Assembly: GCA_041489255.1 (NCBI GenBank) | Contig: JBGPQV010000020.1 | Location: 1-56,996 of the forward strand | Reading direction: 5' to 3' | Length of the DNA: 56,996 nt | DNA from: Thermoplasmata archaeon | Lineage (GTDB): Archaea; Thermoplasmatota; Thermoplasmata; RBG-16-68-12; JAFNFQ01 | In this document: piece by piece, positions 20,201-30,000 of the stretch | Numbering within the stretch: the stretch's first letter is position 1 | How the letters are laid out: each line of letters starts with the position of its first letter | The notes under the pieces: generated by a model | Databases searched by the model: none | The model's input: the letters and a program-made list of their open reading frames with translations, nothing else | Told to the model about the DNA's origin: nothing | Program-made: the position numbers and the translations under genes

Positions 20201-20926
20201 CGCCGTCCTGTACAGCATCCGCCCATAGCACTCAATGATCGCGTCGATGCCCATGCGTTCGAACTCGCGCCGAATCGTCTCGTCGAAATCCTCGACCTCG
20301 AACGTGCTGCCGCACTCCAAGCATTTATCGGAGAAAACCGGCGTCGGCAGTCCGCACTTCGCGCACTTCCGCTCTTCCTCGAATACATCCTCTTTCGATT
20401 GTCTGCGGGGGAGGAGTAGAATCAGGGTCGTCGTGGCCTTGATGCTCTTTGCCAGCTCAGGTCCGATTCCCGGCACCGCGGAAAGAACCTCCTGACTTGC
20501 GCTCTTGATTTTCTTGATGCTGTTGAAGCCGGCCCTGCAGAGCAGCTCTGCTTTTTTATTGCCGACGCCCGGGATGCGAGCGACCTCTCTGACATCGCTC
20601 TCGTCGAACTCTCCCTTCAGTCTCCGTGGCGGTCTCTTGTGAACCGGCGTCTCCGGCGATCTCGGTGCCTGGGGCGCTTCCTTCTGGAGAGGAGCAACGC
20701 CCTCCGCGCTTTCCTTGACCACTTCCTCGTAGAGGTATCGTGTACCGCAGTTCTTGCATGCGAATTGGACGGGGATGGATTCATTGCATGCCGGGCAGGT
20801 CCACGTGCGACCGGAGGAGTAGGTCTCCGGTGGGTGCGAAATGCTGCAATGGTTGCATACGCAGAGTGACCCGAGCGGCCCGCCGCAGACCGTGCACCTC
20901 TCCAGCTTCCTGGTCGCCAGCGTCAA
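17264..20926 (-). CDS. Membrane-spanning multidomain protein: Zn ribbons, HhH, TPR, Pro-rich linker, xNG repeats, TM, beta-rich ectodomain, PEF-CTERM-like tail
   Basis: Six CxxC pairs; IPGVGNKKA and VPGIGPELA HhH motifs; LWYALGLAL TPR; GLVNGGGRVNGLINGNGFVNG; one hydrophobic helix; IDGSFGDW, VDGLFGDW and INGDW domain starts; IPEF followed by TM and RRR. Confidence 0.88.
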   Translation of the reverse strand: MTLATRKLERCTVCGGPLGSLCVCNHCSISHPPETYSSGRTWTCPACNESIPVQFACKNCGTRYLYEEVVKESAEGVAPLQKEAPQAPRSPETPVHKRPPRRLKGEFDESDVREVARIPGVGNKKAELLCRAGFNSIKKIKSASQEVLSAVPGIGPELAKSIKATTTLILLLPRRQSKEDVFEEERKCAKCGLPTPVFSDKCLECGSTFEVEDFDETIRREFERMGIDAIIECYGRMLYRTADDAQLWYALGLALSAAERVDAAMKAVRKAKKLDPENPKFRDFEERLKRQTKPIPVMEKEERPAGVGTEPPPQLPPRPAEIPVAESKPPEEVAPIAEIVIVKPPEIPQEKPSGISVEKTGEVSSLESLEELKVIVEKQGEILWKEPPVTAQASPAKEVPAEQQESQPREVPEFVIAESPQKIELAKMTNTARTSRGSIISGRRPLLTGYGLVNGGGRVNGLINGNGFVNGGTISEVALPRGNTVHRYTAVAAFLLAIFLIVNSSLQLRVQPGRSIQIDGSFGDWQPVGTYHEATVSGNPDTNMVSYALKLEGQSLFFMARVEGTLFGDAQGYDSFYIFLDVDADNSTGYSCGTLGAEYMVIVDGFNSSVSGASLQAFNGQDRSDWNGWSSFAAAYIAVSGDRIEGELQTAAMSLPDPGRVLARFVVDDQEGGVSQSAVAIGLDYGFLKVTQRGLTQVLSTGSVDFLELTFEVIGPALTLDAGDIVISHTPGTQVNGIAGSMTVSEGNQRTITLTLDASVIATGEVAWASLTSVTADRPVTIVGSGARAYVLSPPTGKRVDGLFGDWPSPHADSIGPPMVDTEVDIEAYAANASGETAFFYFRTVTDSFEGSLTPKHQQRVFSSPSTGGGSSPPPHGLTGESIARVFMESNSSIQDGFPIGGILADYMIEAKGQFGFIHSISTYQWQGRWVIFQGAPKIAIMTNQVEMSASINGLDLANASYVIQTRNWRNIGDETVASGTRGGAESRTRGTYVIVMGSDSLLYAKPTSSAPTINGDWISTEWQDADSNDTGDMMVYAMQNGTYLFMCIRVKSDTVYNVGDYAELAFDTDDGNEPAPDQWDKKFNATDPDGSTINSSYNGNGTGWNSSYVSPYAWEANGILDTDSGGYITYEFAIPFPEVWNMSNPGPNQQAGLAIHAHDDEPPSAEYYWGSNNLNDPSTFKDLQIPEFQDVIPLLVLIPAILVILQRRRPGKNNKPREH

Positions 20927-21649
20927 TCACCTCCCCCTCACTCTGAGCGACTTGACGCGCACAGCTGACGACTCCGCGAAGCCCGGCTCCAGTTCCAATG
21001 CCCGCTCCATGCAGATTTGCGCGCTGTCCCTGTTCCCGGCAAGTATGAGGGCCCTGGCCTTCTGGTACCATGCGTCGGGGAAATCCGGGCGCTGGGCGAG
21101 TGCCTTGTTGAACGCTTCGACGGCTTCCTCCGCTTTCCCAAGCTTCAGCAGCGCGACGCCCTTGTTCACCCAGGTGAGAGCGTACTTCTCGTCGAGCCGG
21201 ATCGCCTTATCATAGCAAACGATGGCCGCTTCATGGCTGTTCTGTCTGGAGAGGATGACTCCCTTATTCATCAGGGCCACGGGGTTCTCAGGGACAATCT
21301 TGAGAGACCTATCGAGGCATTCTACCGCCTTGCTCTCCCTTCCGAGGCGGTGGAGGACCATCCCCTTGTTGCACCACGCCGCCGCGTACCTCGGTCTCAG
21401 CTTGATCGCCTTGTTGTAATGCTTCAGCGCGTCCCGCGCTCGACCGGCATTTTCAGCGACCACACCCAGATTATTCCACGCCTCGGGGCTGTTCGAATCG
21501 TGCTCTATGGCCTTCTCGTAGGCGGCCTGAGCCTCTTTAAGATGACCTGATCGCAGCGCATCGTTCCCTCGCTCCACCTCGATTGAGGTTGGACTCGCGG
21601 CTCGGCGGCGATGTTTATCACTAGCGCTCCGCTTGAGCCTCGAAAGCAT
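20927..21649 (-). CDS. Tetratricopeptide repeat protein
   Basis: About six tandem TPRs (AWNNLG, AWCNKG, ALMNKG, TWVNKG, AWYQKA). Confidence 0.92.
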   Translation of the reverse strand: MLSRLKRSASDKHRRRAASPTSIEVERGNDALRSGHLKEAQAAYEKAIEHDSNSPEAWNNLGVVAENAGRARDALKHYNKAIKLRPRYAAAWCNKGMVLHRLGRESKAVECLDRSLKIVPENPVALMNKGVILSRQNSHEAAIVCYDKAIRLDEKYALTWVNKGVALLKLGKAEEAVEAFNKALAQRPDFPDAWYQKARALILAGNRDSAQICMERALELEPGFAESSAVRVKSLRVRGR

Positions 21650-21785
21650 AACGTTCGACGACTTTCAAGTGCCTTTAAAGGAGTATGTCCACGATTATCA
21701 GATGTGAGAGTTTGAAGCTGGATTGCCACTCGAGGGCCAAGCTTTTTCATTCGAGAGCCGATTGTCATTGCGGTGCTCTGAGCAA

Positions 21786-22532
21786 ATGGACGTGCCAAAG
21801 TCTCATCCAAGGTATCGCTCGCTCCTCAATCGAAAAAAGCTCGCAGACGCGGTGAAGAGCGGGCTCGTCGTGCATCAAGGATTGATTGCTCAAGGCAGGG
21901 GAGAGGCCTTCGACTATCTGTTCGGGGAGGAAACCATGCCTCCCGCCATGAAAGCGGAGAAGGCGGCGGGGGCTTACCTCGTGCTCGCAAGGCATCCAGT
22001 GATTTCGGTCAATGGCAACGTTGCGGCGCTCGCCGCTCGCGACGTGGTCAAGTTGGCGAGGGCGGTTCCCGCAAGAATCGAGGTCAACCTTTTCTACAGG
22101 ACCGAGCCGAGGGTCAGGAAAGTTGCTGAGTGCCTGCTGATGGCGGGAGCGAAAGTGGTGCTCGGCACCAAACCGGACGCCCGGATACCTGGACTGGACG
22201 GCAAGCGGGCGCTTTGTTCCCGCCAAGGCATCTACTCCGCCGACGTGGTCCTCGTGCCCCTGGAGGATGGCGACCGCACTCAGGCTCTCGTCAAGATGGA
22301 GAAGGTCGTCTTGGCGGTTGATTTGAATCCTTTGTCCCGCACCTCGCGCGCCGCAACCGTGACGATAGTTGATGAGCTGTCGCGAGCCTTGGCCAACATC
22401 ACCAAATTCATTCCCGCCATGAAGAAGGACTTGGCGGCCGCAGAGAGGGTCGTCCGGTCATTCGACAACACAGAGAACCTGAGAGCTGTGTACAAGCGTC
22501 TTGACGCTCGCCTCCGGAGACTCCATCGCTGA
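21786..22532 (+). CDS. 4-phosphopantoate--beta-alanine ligase (archaeal phosphopantothenate synthetase)
   Basis: VPKSHPRYRSL, GRGEAFDYL, ISVNGN, VPLEDGDR and DLNPLSRT. Start trimmed to ATG 21786. Confidence 0.95.
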   Translation: MDVPKSHPRYRSLLNRKKLADAVKSGLVVHQGLIAQGRGEAFDYLFGEETMPPAMKAEKAAGAYLVLARHPVISVNGNVAALAARDVVKLARAVPARIEVNLFYRTEPRVRKVAECLLMAGAKVVLGTKPDARIPGLDGKRALCSRQGIYSADVVLVPLEDGDRTQALVKMEKVVLAVDLNPLSRTSRAATVTIVDELSRALANITKFIPAMKKDLAAAERVVRSFDNTENLRAVYKRLDARLRRLHR

Positions 22533-22622
22533 GCGGGAAGCGCCGGAATCATTCTTCTCAGTTCAATCTCCTCGCACAAAACTATTTGCACCAGCACCGC
22601 AATCGTGAAATCCCGTGATGAA

Positions 22623-24215
22623 ATGAAATACGTTGTAGTCACGGGCGGAGTTTTGTCTGGCCTGGGAAAAGGCATCTCCACTTCGTCAATCGGCGTCCTG
22701 CTCAAGTCCCGCGGGCTGAAGGTCACCGCGATAAAAATCGACCCGTACCTGAACTGCGATGCGGGCACCATGAACCCCTATCAGCACGGCGAGGTCTTCG
22801 TCCTCGACGATGGCGGGGAGGTCGACCTGGATCTCGGGAACTATGAGAGGTTCCTAGACACCAGCCTCTCGAAGGATCACAACATCACCACGGGCAAAGT
22901 CTATCATACGGTCATCGAGAAGGAGAGGAGGGGCGACTACCTCGGCAGGACCGTGCAGATAATCCCGCACATCACCAACGAAATCAAGCAGGAAATCAAG
23001 GCGGTTGCGGAGAAGGAGAAGGTGGATGTCTGCCTGATCGAGATGGGCGGGACTGTCGGTGACATCGAGGGCATGCCCTTTCTCGAGGCGGTGAGACAAC
23101 TCCACATGGAGGCGGGGAAGAGCAACGTCTGCTTCGTGCACACAACTCTCGTCCCGATCCTCGGCACAGTCGGAGAGCAGAAGACGAAGCCCACCCAGCA
23201 GTCCGTCCGGGAGTTGCGCTCCGTCGGAATCCAGCCGAACGCGATCGTTGCCCGCGGGGAGAAATCGCTGGATCCGGAGATCAAGAAGAAGATCGCATTC
23301 TTCTGCGATGTGCCGGTCGAGGGCGTCATCAGCGCACCGGATGCGCCATCGATATACGATGTCCCGATCCTTTTCGAGGAGCAGGGATTCTCCGACTACC
23401 TCATCAGGGCGCTCGACCTAGGGCCGAAAACGGAGGACCTCAAGGAGTGGAAGGATTTTCTTGTCCGCCTGAAGAGCCCGGTGAAGAAAGTCGAAATCGC
23501 CGCGGTTGGTAAGTATACGTCGCTCAAGGACTCGTACATCTCGCATATCGAGGCTTTCCACCACGCGGAAGCGGCAACTAGGACGAAGGTCGATCTCCGC
23601 TGGGTCGAGAGCACGGACATCGAGTCCAAGGGCACCGAATTGCTCGAAGGGGTCCAAGGCATTCTCGTGCCCGGAGGTTTCGGCGACAGAGGGACCGAGG
23701 GGAAGATCGCAGCGGTCAAGTTCGCCCGCGAGAAACGCATCCCGTTCCAAGGCGTCTGCCTTGGATTCCAGCTGGCGACTGTCGAGTTCGCAAGGAATGT
23801 CCTCGGGCTCAAGGACGCAAACAGCTCGGAGTTCAATCCGAAGACCGCCAATCCGGTGATCGACCTGCTGCCGGAGCAGAAGGACGTCAAGGACATGGGC
23901 GCCACCATGAGACTGGGCGCGCATGTGGTCGGGCTCACCGATGATTGCAGGACGACCAAGATGTATGGTTCCACCGAGATTTCAGAGAGACACCGCCACA
24001 GGTATGAGGTCAACCCGAATTACATCGAGGAATTCGAGAAGCACGGGATGAAGTTCGTCGGACGGTCCGATGGCGGTAGGAGGATGGAGGTCCTTGAGCT
24101 GCAGGACCACCCATACTTCGTCGCCTCGCAGTTCCACCCAGAGCTGAAGTCGAGGCCGTTCAGACCATCGCCGATCCATATGGGGCTCGTGAAAGCGGCG
24201 GCTGGCCTGACGTAA
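22623..24215 (+). CDS. pyrG: CTP synthase
   Basis: [39 protein letters not shown] and QFHPE. Confidence 0.98.
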   Translation: MKYVVVTGGVLSGLGKGISTSSIGVLLKSRGLKVTAIKIDPYLNCDAGTMNPYQHGEVFVLDDGGEVDLDLGNYERFLDTSLSKDHNITTGKVYHTVIEKERRGDYLGRTVQIIPHITNEIKQEIKAVAEKEKVDVCLIEMGGTVGDIEGMPFLEAVRQLHMEAGKSNVCFVHTTLVPILGTVGEQKTKPTQQSVRELRSVGIQPNAIVARGEKSLDPEIKKKIAFFCDVPVEGVISAPDAPSIYDVPILFEEQGFSDYLIRALDLGPKTEDLKEWKDFLVRLKSPVKKVEIAAVGKYTSLKDSYISHIEAFHHAEAATRTKVDLRWVESTDIESKGTELLEGVQGILVPGGFGDRGTEGKIAAVKFAREKRIPFQGVCLGFQLATVEFARNVLGLKDANSSEFNPKTANPVIDLLPEQKDVKDMGATMRLGAHVVGLTDDCRTTKMYGSTEISERHRHRYEVNPNYIEEFEKHGMKFVGRSDGGRRMEVLELQDHPYFVASQFHPELKSRPFRPSPIHMGLVKAAAGLT

Positions 24216-24251
24216 GTCCGACCGCAACCTTATTCGCTTCCGCCAAAATGG

Positions 24252-24662
24252 GTGAGTCTGATGCACGTCGTGCTCTTCGTCTGCGTCGAGAACACCTTCC
24301 GGAGCGTTATGGCCGAGGCGATTTTCAACGCAAAGGCACCACCCGGATGGGGAGCGAAGAGCGCTGGTGTGCAGCCAGCCACCGCAATCAATCCCGTTGT
24401 CATCGCCCTCCTTCGAGAGATTGGCATAGAACTCGGACCAAAGAGGCCTAGGCTCGTCACGCCAGATATTATCGAGAGAGCGTGGCGGATCATTACCTTC
24501 GGATGCCTCGACCGATGCCCGCCTCGGACGAAAGGGAAGTCCGAGGATTGGCCCGTGCCCGGATCGACCGGAAAAACGGACGCCCAGCTCAAGACGATTC
24601 GAGACGACATCACTCGCCGCATCGAACGCTTAATCGAGGAAATCGAAGGAAGTAAACCATAA
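24252..24662 (+). CDS. Low-molecular-weight phosphatase / thioredoxin-type arsenate reductase
   Basis: CVENTFRS (CX5R) P-loop, SAG, downstream GCLDRCP and EDW. Confidence 0.85.
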   Translation: MSLMHVVLFVCVENTFRSVMAEAIFNAKAPPGWGAKSAGVQPATAINPVVIALLREIGIELGPKRPRLVTPDIIERAWRIITFGCLDRCPPRTKGKSEDWPVPGSTGKTDAQLKTIRDDITRRIERLIEEIEGSKP

Positions 24663-24701
24663 CGCAATCTTTAAACAGCCGCGCCTCATGCAATCTGACA
24701 C

Positions 24702-25322
24702 ATGCAGTCTGGCGGCTACGAGGACCTTCTGAAACGTGCGAAAGCGAACCTGCCCAAGACAGTCGAAGCCCACGAGCGATTCCAGATCCCGCAGGCCGAC
24801 ATCCAGATCGAGGGCAAGACCACAATCCTGCGTAACTTCATCGACATCTGCGAGGCGATCAACAGGTCTCCGGACCAGGTGCTCGCCTACCTTTTGAGGG
24901 AGATTGGCACGGCCGGCGTGCTGGAGGATAGGCGAGTCGTTTTCAAGGGCAAGGTCACCACCACCCAAGTCCAAGACCGCATTCAGGGATACGTCGACAA
25001 CTACGTCCTGTGCACCGAATGCAACCGGCCCGATACGAGATTGATCAAAGAGGGACGCGTGGCCATACTCGAGTGCGACGCATGCGGCGCCCGTCGCTCT
25101 GTCAGGGCAATAAAGAAACAGGCGAAGGTGGAGGAGGTCGCCTTGGAGGAAGGTAAGGTCTACGAGCTGATGATACAGGACATCGGCCGGAAGGGCGACG
25201 GGATAGCGAAGAAGGACAGGTACATCATCTACGTCCCCGGGACAACGAAGGGCTCCATAGCCAAAATCTACATCGAGAAGATCACGGGCACCGTCGCCTT
25301 CGGTCATGTGTCTAGGGAGTAG
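24702..25322 (+). CDS. Translation initiation factor aIF2 beta with C-terminal TRAM domain
   Basis: YEDLLKRA, TILRNF, CTECNRPDT...CDACG zinc ribbon and IGRKGDGIAK TRAM. Confidence 0.96.
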   Translation: MQSGGYEDLLKRAKANLPKTVEAHERFQIPQADIQIEGKTTILRNFIDICEAINRSPDQVLAYLLREIGTAGVLEDRRVVFKGKVTTTQVQDRIQGYVDNYVLCTECNRPDTRLIKEGRVAILECDACGARRSVRAIKKQAKVEEVALEEGKVYELMIQDIGRKGDGIAKKDRYIIYVPGTTKGSIAKIYIEKITGTVAFGHVSRE

Positions 25323-25324
25323 GG

Positions 25325-26284
25325 ATGCGCAGAGAGATCGTCTCGACAGTCGCGATGGCCTGCAGCATCGTCATCTCCCAGAGTGTCGCCCTGCTGCTCG
25401 CCCCGTTCTTCATCGAAGCCGACGCCACCGCGTTCCCGGACCCGAACAACGCCGCGAACCCCATCATATACGTCATCCTCATCCTCGCCTTCACCGCCCT
25501 CATACTCTTCATCGTCAAGAAGCGCAGGGAGAACATCTTGAAGTACATCATCCTCGGCTCGATGTTCCTCTCGATGATCTTCGTCTTCTACATCCCAGCC
25601 CTGTTCGGCCTCTACCCATTCGTCGGCGACCTTGCATTCAACCTAGCCCTTGTGCTGAGTTTGGTGGTTTCTGGAATCCTGACATTCGCCCTCTTCAAGT
25701 ATCCTGAATGGTACGTCGTGGACGCCGTCGGAATCTCGGTGGCCGCGGGGGTGACCGCCATAATGGGCATCTCGTTCACGATCTTCCCCACGCTCATCCT
25801 ATTGATACTCCTGGCCGTCTACGACGCCATCTCCGTCTACAAAACGAAGCACATGGTGACCCTCGCGGATGCCGTGGCGGCTGAGAAGCTTCCGATACTC
25901 CTCGTCATCCCGAAGAAGCTCGATTACTCCTACAAGGATCAGGAGAGCATCAAGAAACAGATTTCATCTGGAGAGGAGAGGGAGGCCATGTTCATGGGTC
26001 TCGGAGACATGATTATACCCGGTGTGCTCGTGGTCTCGGCCCTCGCCTCCAATGCTGACAAGCTGTCGACCCTGGTTTTCGGAATCCCCGGCCCACTCAT
26101 CGTCTCCATCGGGACGCTCATCGGGGGCCTCGTGGGCTTCGCTGTCCTGATGAAGTTCGTGATGAAGGGCAACCCGCAGGCGGGTCTGCCGCTGCTCAAC
26201 TCGGGAGTCATTATGGGCTACTTCGTCACGTACTACCTCGTGTTCCAGGAGCTTTCCTTCGGCATCAGGCTGGGATGGTTCTGA
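25325..26284 (+). CDS. Presenilin-family intramembrane aspartyl protease (PSH)
   Basis: About nine TM segments, AVYDAISVYKTKHM (YD), MGLGD (GxGD) and PQAGLPLLN. Confidence 0.95.
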   Translation: MRREIVSTVAMACSIVISQSVALLLAPFFIEADATAFPDPNNAANPIIYVILILAFTALILFIVKKRRENILKYIILGSMFLSMIFVFYIPALFGLYPFVGDLAFNLALVLSLVVSGILTFALFKYPEWYVVDAVGISVAAGVTAIMGISFTIFPTLILLILLAVYDAISVYKTKHMVTLADAVAAEKLPILLVIPKKLDYSYKDQESIKKQISSGEEREAMFMGLGDMIIPGVLVVSALASNADKLSTLVFGIPGPLIVSIGTLIGGLVGFAVLMKFVMKGNPQAGLPLLNSGVIMGYFVTYYLVFQELSFGIRLGWF

Positions 26285-26904
26285 AGATCCTTGTGGCGTC
26301 CGATATCCACGGGGCTGAGCGCGCAATTCCGACGATCCACGCCGCCATCGATGGCATGTCCCCCGATGTCTTCGTCGCCTGTGGCGACATAACAAACTTC
26401 GGTCCGACGACATTCGCCATCGATCTGCTGCGGGATATATCCGTCAAGACGTTCGCCGTGCCTGGGAACTGCGATCCACCGGAGCTTGTCGAGAGCCTCG
26501 AGGAACTCGGGGTGAACCTGCACGGCAAGAGGGTCGAGTTCGGCGGGAAGGTCTTCGTGGGCCTAGGCGGGTCCAACACCCCGCCGTTCGACACCATGTT
26601 CGAGCTTAGCGAGGACGACATAGCGAAAATCCTCGAACCGATAATGGAGAAGAACGCGATACTCGTGAGCCACCCGCCGCCACTTGGCTTCTGCGATGTT
26701 GCCGGGGACGGGTCTCACGCGGGGAGCAGCGCCGTCAGGTCCATCGTTGACAAGTTCAAACCACGCCTGGTCCTGACCGGACACATCCACGAAGGCCGCG
26801 GCGTGCACAAGGGCAAGACCACGGTCGTCAACCCGGGCATGGCGGCCACAGGAAATCTGGCGCTCATCGATATGAACGGCGAGATAGAGGTCAAGCTTCT
26901 TTAG
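26275..26904 (+). CDS. Calcineurin-like metallophosphoesterase
   Basis: SDIHG, GDIT, GNCD, SHPPP and GHIHE. Confidence 0.93.
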   Translation: MVLKILVASDIHGAERAIPTIHAAIDGMSPDVFVACGDITNFGPTTFAIDLLRDISVKTFAVPGNCDPPELVESLEELGVNLHGKRVEFGGKVFVGLGGSNTPPFDTMFELSEDDIAKILEPIMEKNAILVSHPPPLGFCDVAGDGSHAGSSAVRSIVDKFKPRLVLTGHIHEGRGVHKGKTTVVNPGMAATGNLALIDMNGEIEVKLL

Positions 26905-27000
26905 GCCAGCTCGGCCGGTCAGTTTTCGCGACTTGACACTTGACATGTCTAGATTTGGCTTATATGAGCTCAGAGCAGTCATGAAGTGAAGGTGGACGAA

Positions 27001-30000
27001 ATGTCCGATGAACCTAAAAGGCGGGCGGCCCTGCGCAGACAGAGACAGTCGTTTTTCGGGAAAATCATCGTGTTCTGCACGATTGCGGCGGTGATGGGCA
27101 GCGGTCTCGTCGCCTACAACACGTCGCGTTTCATCCTGACCGACAGGAACAACGTGACGGCATACATCCCGGACACGATCCTCACCGATGCTCCCGGCAG
27201 CGCCCTCGTGATGCTGACAGACAGACACGGCGCCCCCCTCGCGGGGGAGCCTGTGACGGTGGAGGTCACACGAGATGGCAACCTGGTCTGGACGGAAACA
27301 GCGATGACAGACGAGGGTGGTGTCGCAACCCCGTCTTTCACGGGACTGTCTCTCACCGGGTCGTCGGAGGTTACAGTCAGGGGGGCCGGAGAGGTCCTGA
27401 CGAAGAAGGTCACTGTGAAGACGACCACGCGCATCTTCCTGCAGACGGACAAGCCGATCTACCAGCCTGGCCAGGTCGTCCACATACGCACGCTCGCCTT
27501 TTCCGGCACGTCTCCGACGGTCTCTCTGCAGAACGTCACACTGGAGATATCCACGCCAGAGGGCGATAGGATATTCCGCAAGATCCTCGCGCCTGATGAA
27601 TATGGCATAGCCAGCTATGACTACCAGCTGGGAAGTAGACTCCCCTTAGGACTGTACAAGATCAAGGCGGCAGTAGGATCGGAGAGCACTGAGAAGGCGT
27701 TCGGCGTACAGAGATACGTCCTGCCCAGGTTCGTGATCGAGTTCAGGGACATGCGCGGTTGGTACGGATTCGCTGACGACATCGACGGCAGGGTCTGCGT
27801 CGATTATGTCTTCGGCGAGCATGTCCAGGGGACCGCGACCCTGAGCGTGAGAGCGTTCGTGGGCGACTGGCATGACGTGACAGTTGTCACACGAAGCCTC
27901 TCAAACGGCTGCATGAGTCTGCACGTTCCCGCCACAGACCTGCCGCATGACGGCGCCACGGGATATGCCGAGCTCAAAGCCACGGTGACAGACACGGCCG
28001 GGCACTCCGAGAGCAAGACGAAAGATATCCCCCTGTCGAGCACGCCGATACTGATCACGGCCCTCTCGGACACGAACGTGCCGGGCGCCCAGTCCAACTA
28101 CTACATCGTGGCGCGATGGCCCGACGGGACGCCTGTCTCATCCGCGCAGGTCAGATCCTATTCCAACGGCTACAGGGACACCACTACCGATGTCAGAGGC
28201 GTCGCGCTTGTCTCTTTCACATATCAGGGTCAAGACTCGCTCAGCATCACCGTCACGAAGGGCAATTACTCGAGCACCCTCAGCACCGGCTTGCGCTCGG
28301 AGGCTGGCATTAAGGTTGTCGCGGATAAAGCTCATTACGAAGTCGGCGAGACCGCGAACTTCCAGGTCTACTTCTCTGGCAGCACACTCACCAACTGGGC
28401 ATACTACGAGGTCGTCGCGAGGGATTTCGTAATCATGACCGGCCGCGTCACGCTGACCGGCGGCACATCCTCGTTCTCCATGCAAATCGATAGGCCCATG
28501 GTCCCGCTCGCGGAGGTCCGCGTCTACAAGACCCTCTCAGACCTGACCGTGTCCAAGGACAACGTCGTGTTCACGGTCGGCACATTCTCCGATCTGAGGG
28601 TGAATATCACCGCGGACAAGCAGGAATACCGCCCGGGAGAGGATGTGAGATTGGACTTTGCGGTGAGCGATGGCGCTCAACCGACAGCGGCCGCGCTCGG
28701 AATCGCGATAGTCGACAGAGCGGTGTACGAGGTCGATGAAAGGTTCAAGGGCCTCGAGGACGCGCTCAACGGAAACCATGGCGACGTCTCCTATGACTCG
28801 CAGGTGATTGACTATGTGTACGGGGAGAGCTCGATTCCCCCGGACGCAGGAGCACCGCTCGTCGTGTCGCCTGAAGCCGCCGCCGAAGGGCAGATGCAGA
28901 GCACACTGCCGGTGAAGCGGCAGATGGCCGCGCAGGCCCAGGACTCGGCGGTATCGTTCTTCTGGTCAGCACTCCTGTTCGTCGGTCTGACGGGCTACGT
29001 CGGGCTCGTCGTCCTAGGCATCCGCAACAGGAAGTACGCCGCAGTGGTCGTTGCGTTGGCGGTCATGATTCCCGCGTTCGCCGCCCTAGGCTACTTCGCG
29101 CAGAGGAACTACACCTCATTCCCATCTGACTCCGGTTTCGGCGGCGCTCTCCTTGGAAGTGGCAGTGGCGGCGCAGGCATGGGATTTCCGACTGCGGGTA
29201 GTGCACCGGTTCTCCTTGGTGGCGGCAATGAGCGGTGGTTCTATGGCGATCAAGGCGGGCAGACAGGGATTACTGGCGGGTTGATAGCCGCGCCCGCGAG
29301 GGTCAGGACATTCTTCCCCGAGACATGGTATTGGAATCCCTCGCTGATCGTCGGCCCGGACGGCGTGGGCAACGTGACCCTCCCGGCTCCAGACTCCATC
29401 ACCACCTGGATGGTCGATGCTGTTGCCTCGACGAAGGATGCGAAGTTCGGCAGCGGCAGCTCGGAGGTGCGTGTCTTCCAGGAGTTCTTCGTGGAGCCTG
29501 ACATCCCCGTTGCGGCTGTTAAAAACGACACCTTTGATCTTGATGTCTCGGTGTTCAATTACGTGAGCGACCTGAACGTCACGAACGATGTGACGGTGCA
29601 GTTGATGCCTGACTCCTGGTTCACGATTACGGGACCCTCGCAGAAGTCTCTCTCACTTCCTCCTTTCAGCGTCCTGAGCACCTACTTCACGATCACCGCC
29701 ACGGAGATAGGAGAACACAATGTCACCGTCCTAGCGGGAAATGCCAGGATAAGCGACGCGGTCGTCAGAGTCATCCGAGTGGACCCGCGCGGCTCGCCTA
29801 CCGATGAGACGTTCGGCGGGCGCCTCACAGGCAGTGAAACGAAGTCGGTGACTCTCGTTCTGCGAACCGACAGGATCCCGGGGACGGAATCAGCATCCCT
29901 GAGGATACAGCCGTCCATGGCCGCCGCCGTCCTCGACGGCGCGGACAACTACATACATTATGTCTCCGGGTGCGGCGAACAATCGATGTCGACCCTCAAC

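Noticed and set aside
27001-27120. Tat signal in the A2M N-terminus (KRRAAL, RRQRQSFF)
   Set aside because: Does not fit S/T-R-R-x-F-L well; better read as a positive-inside segment before a signal anchor.
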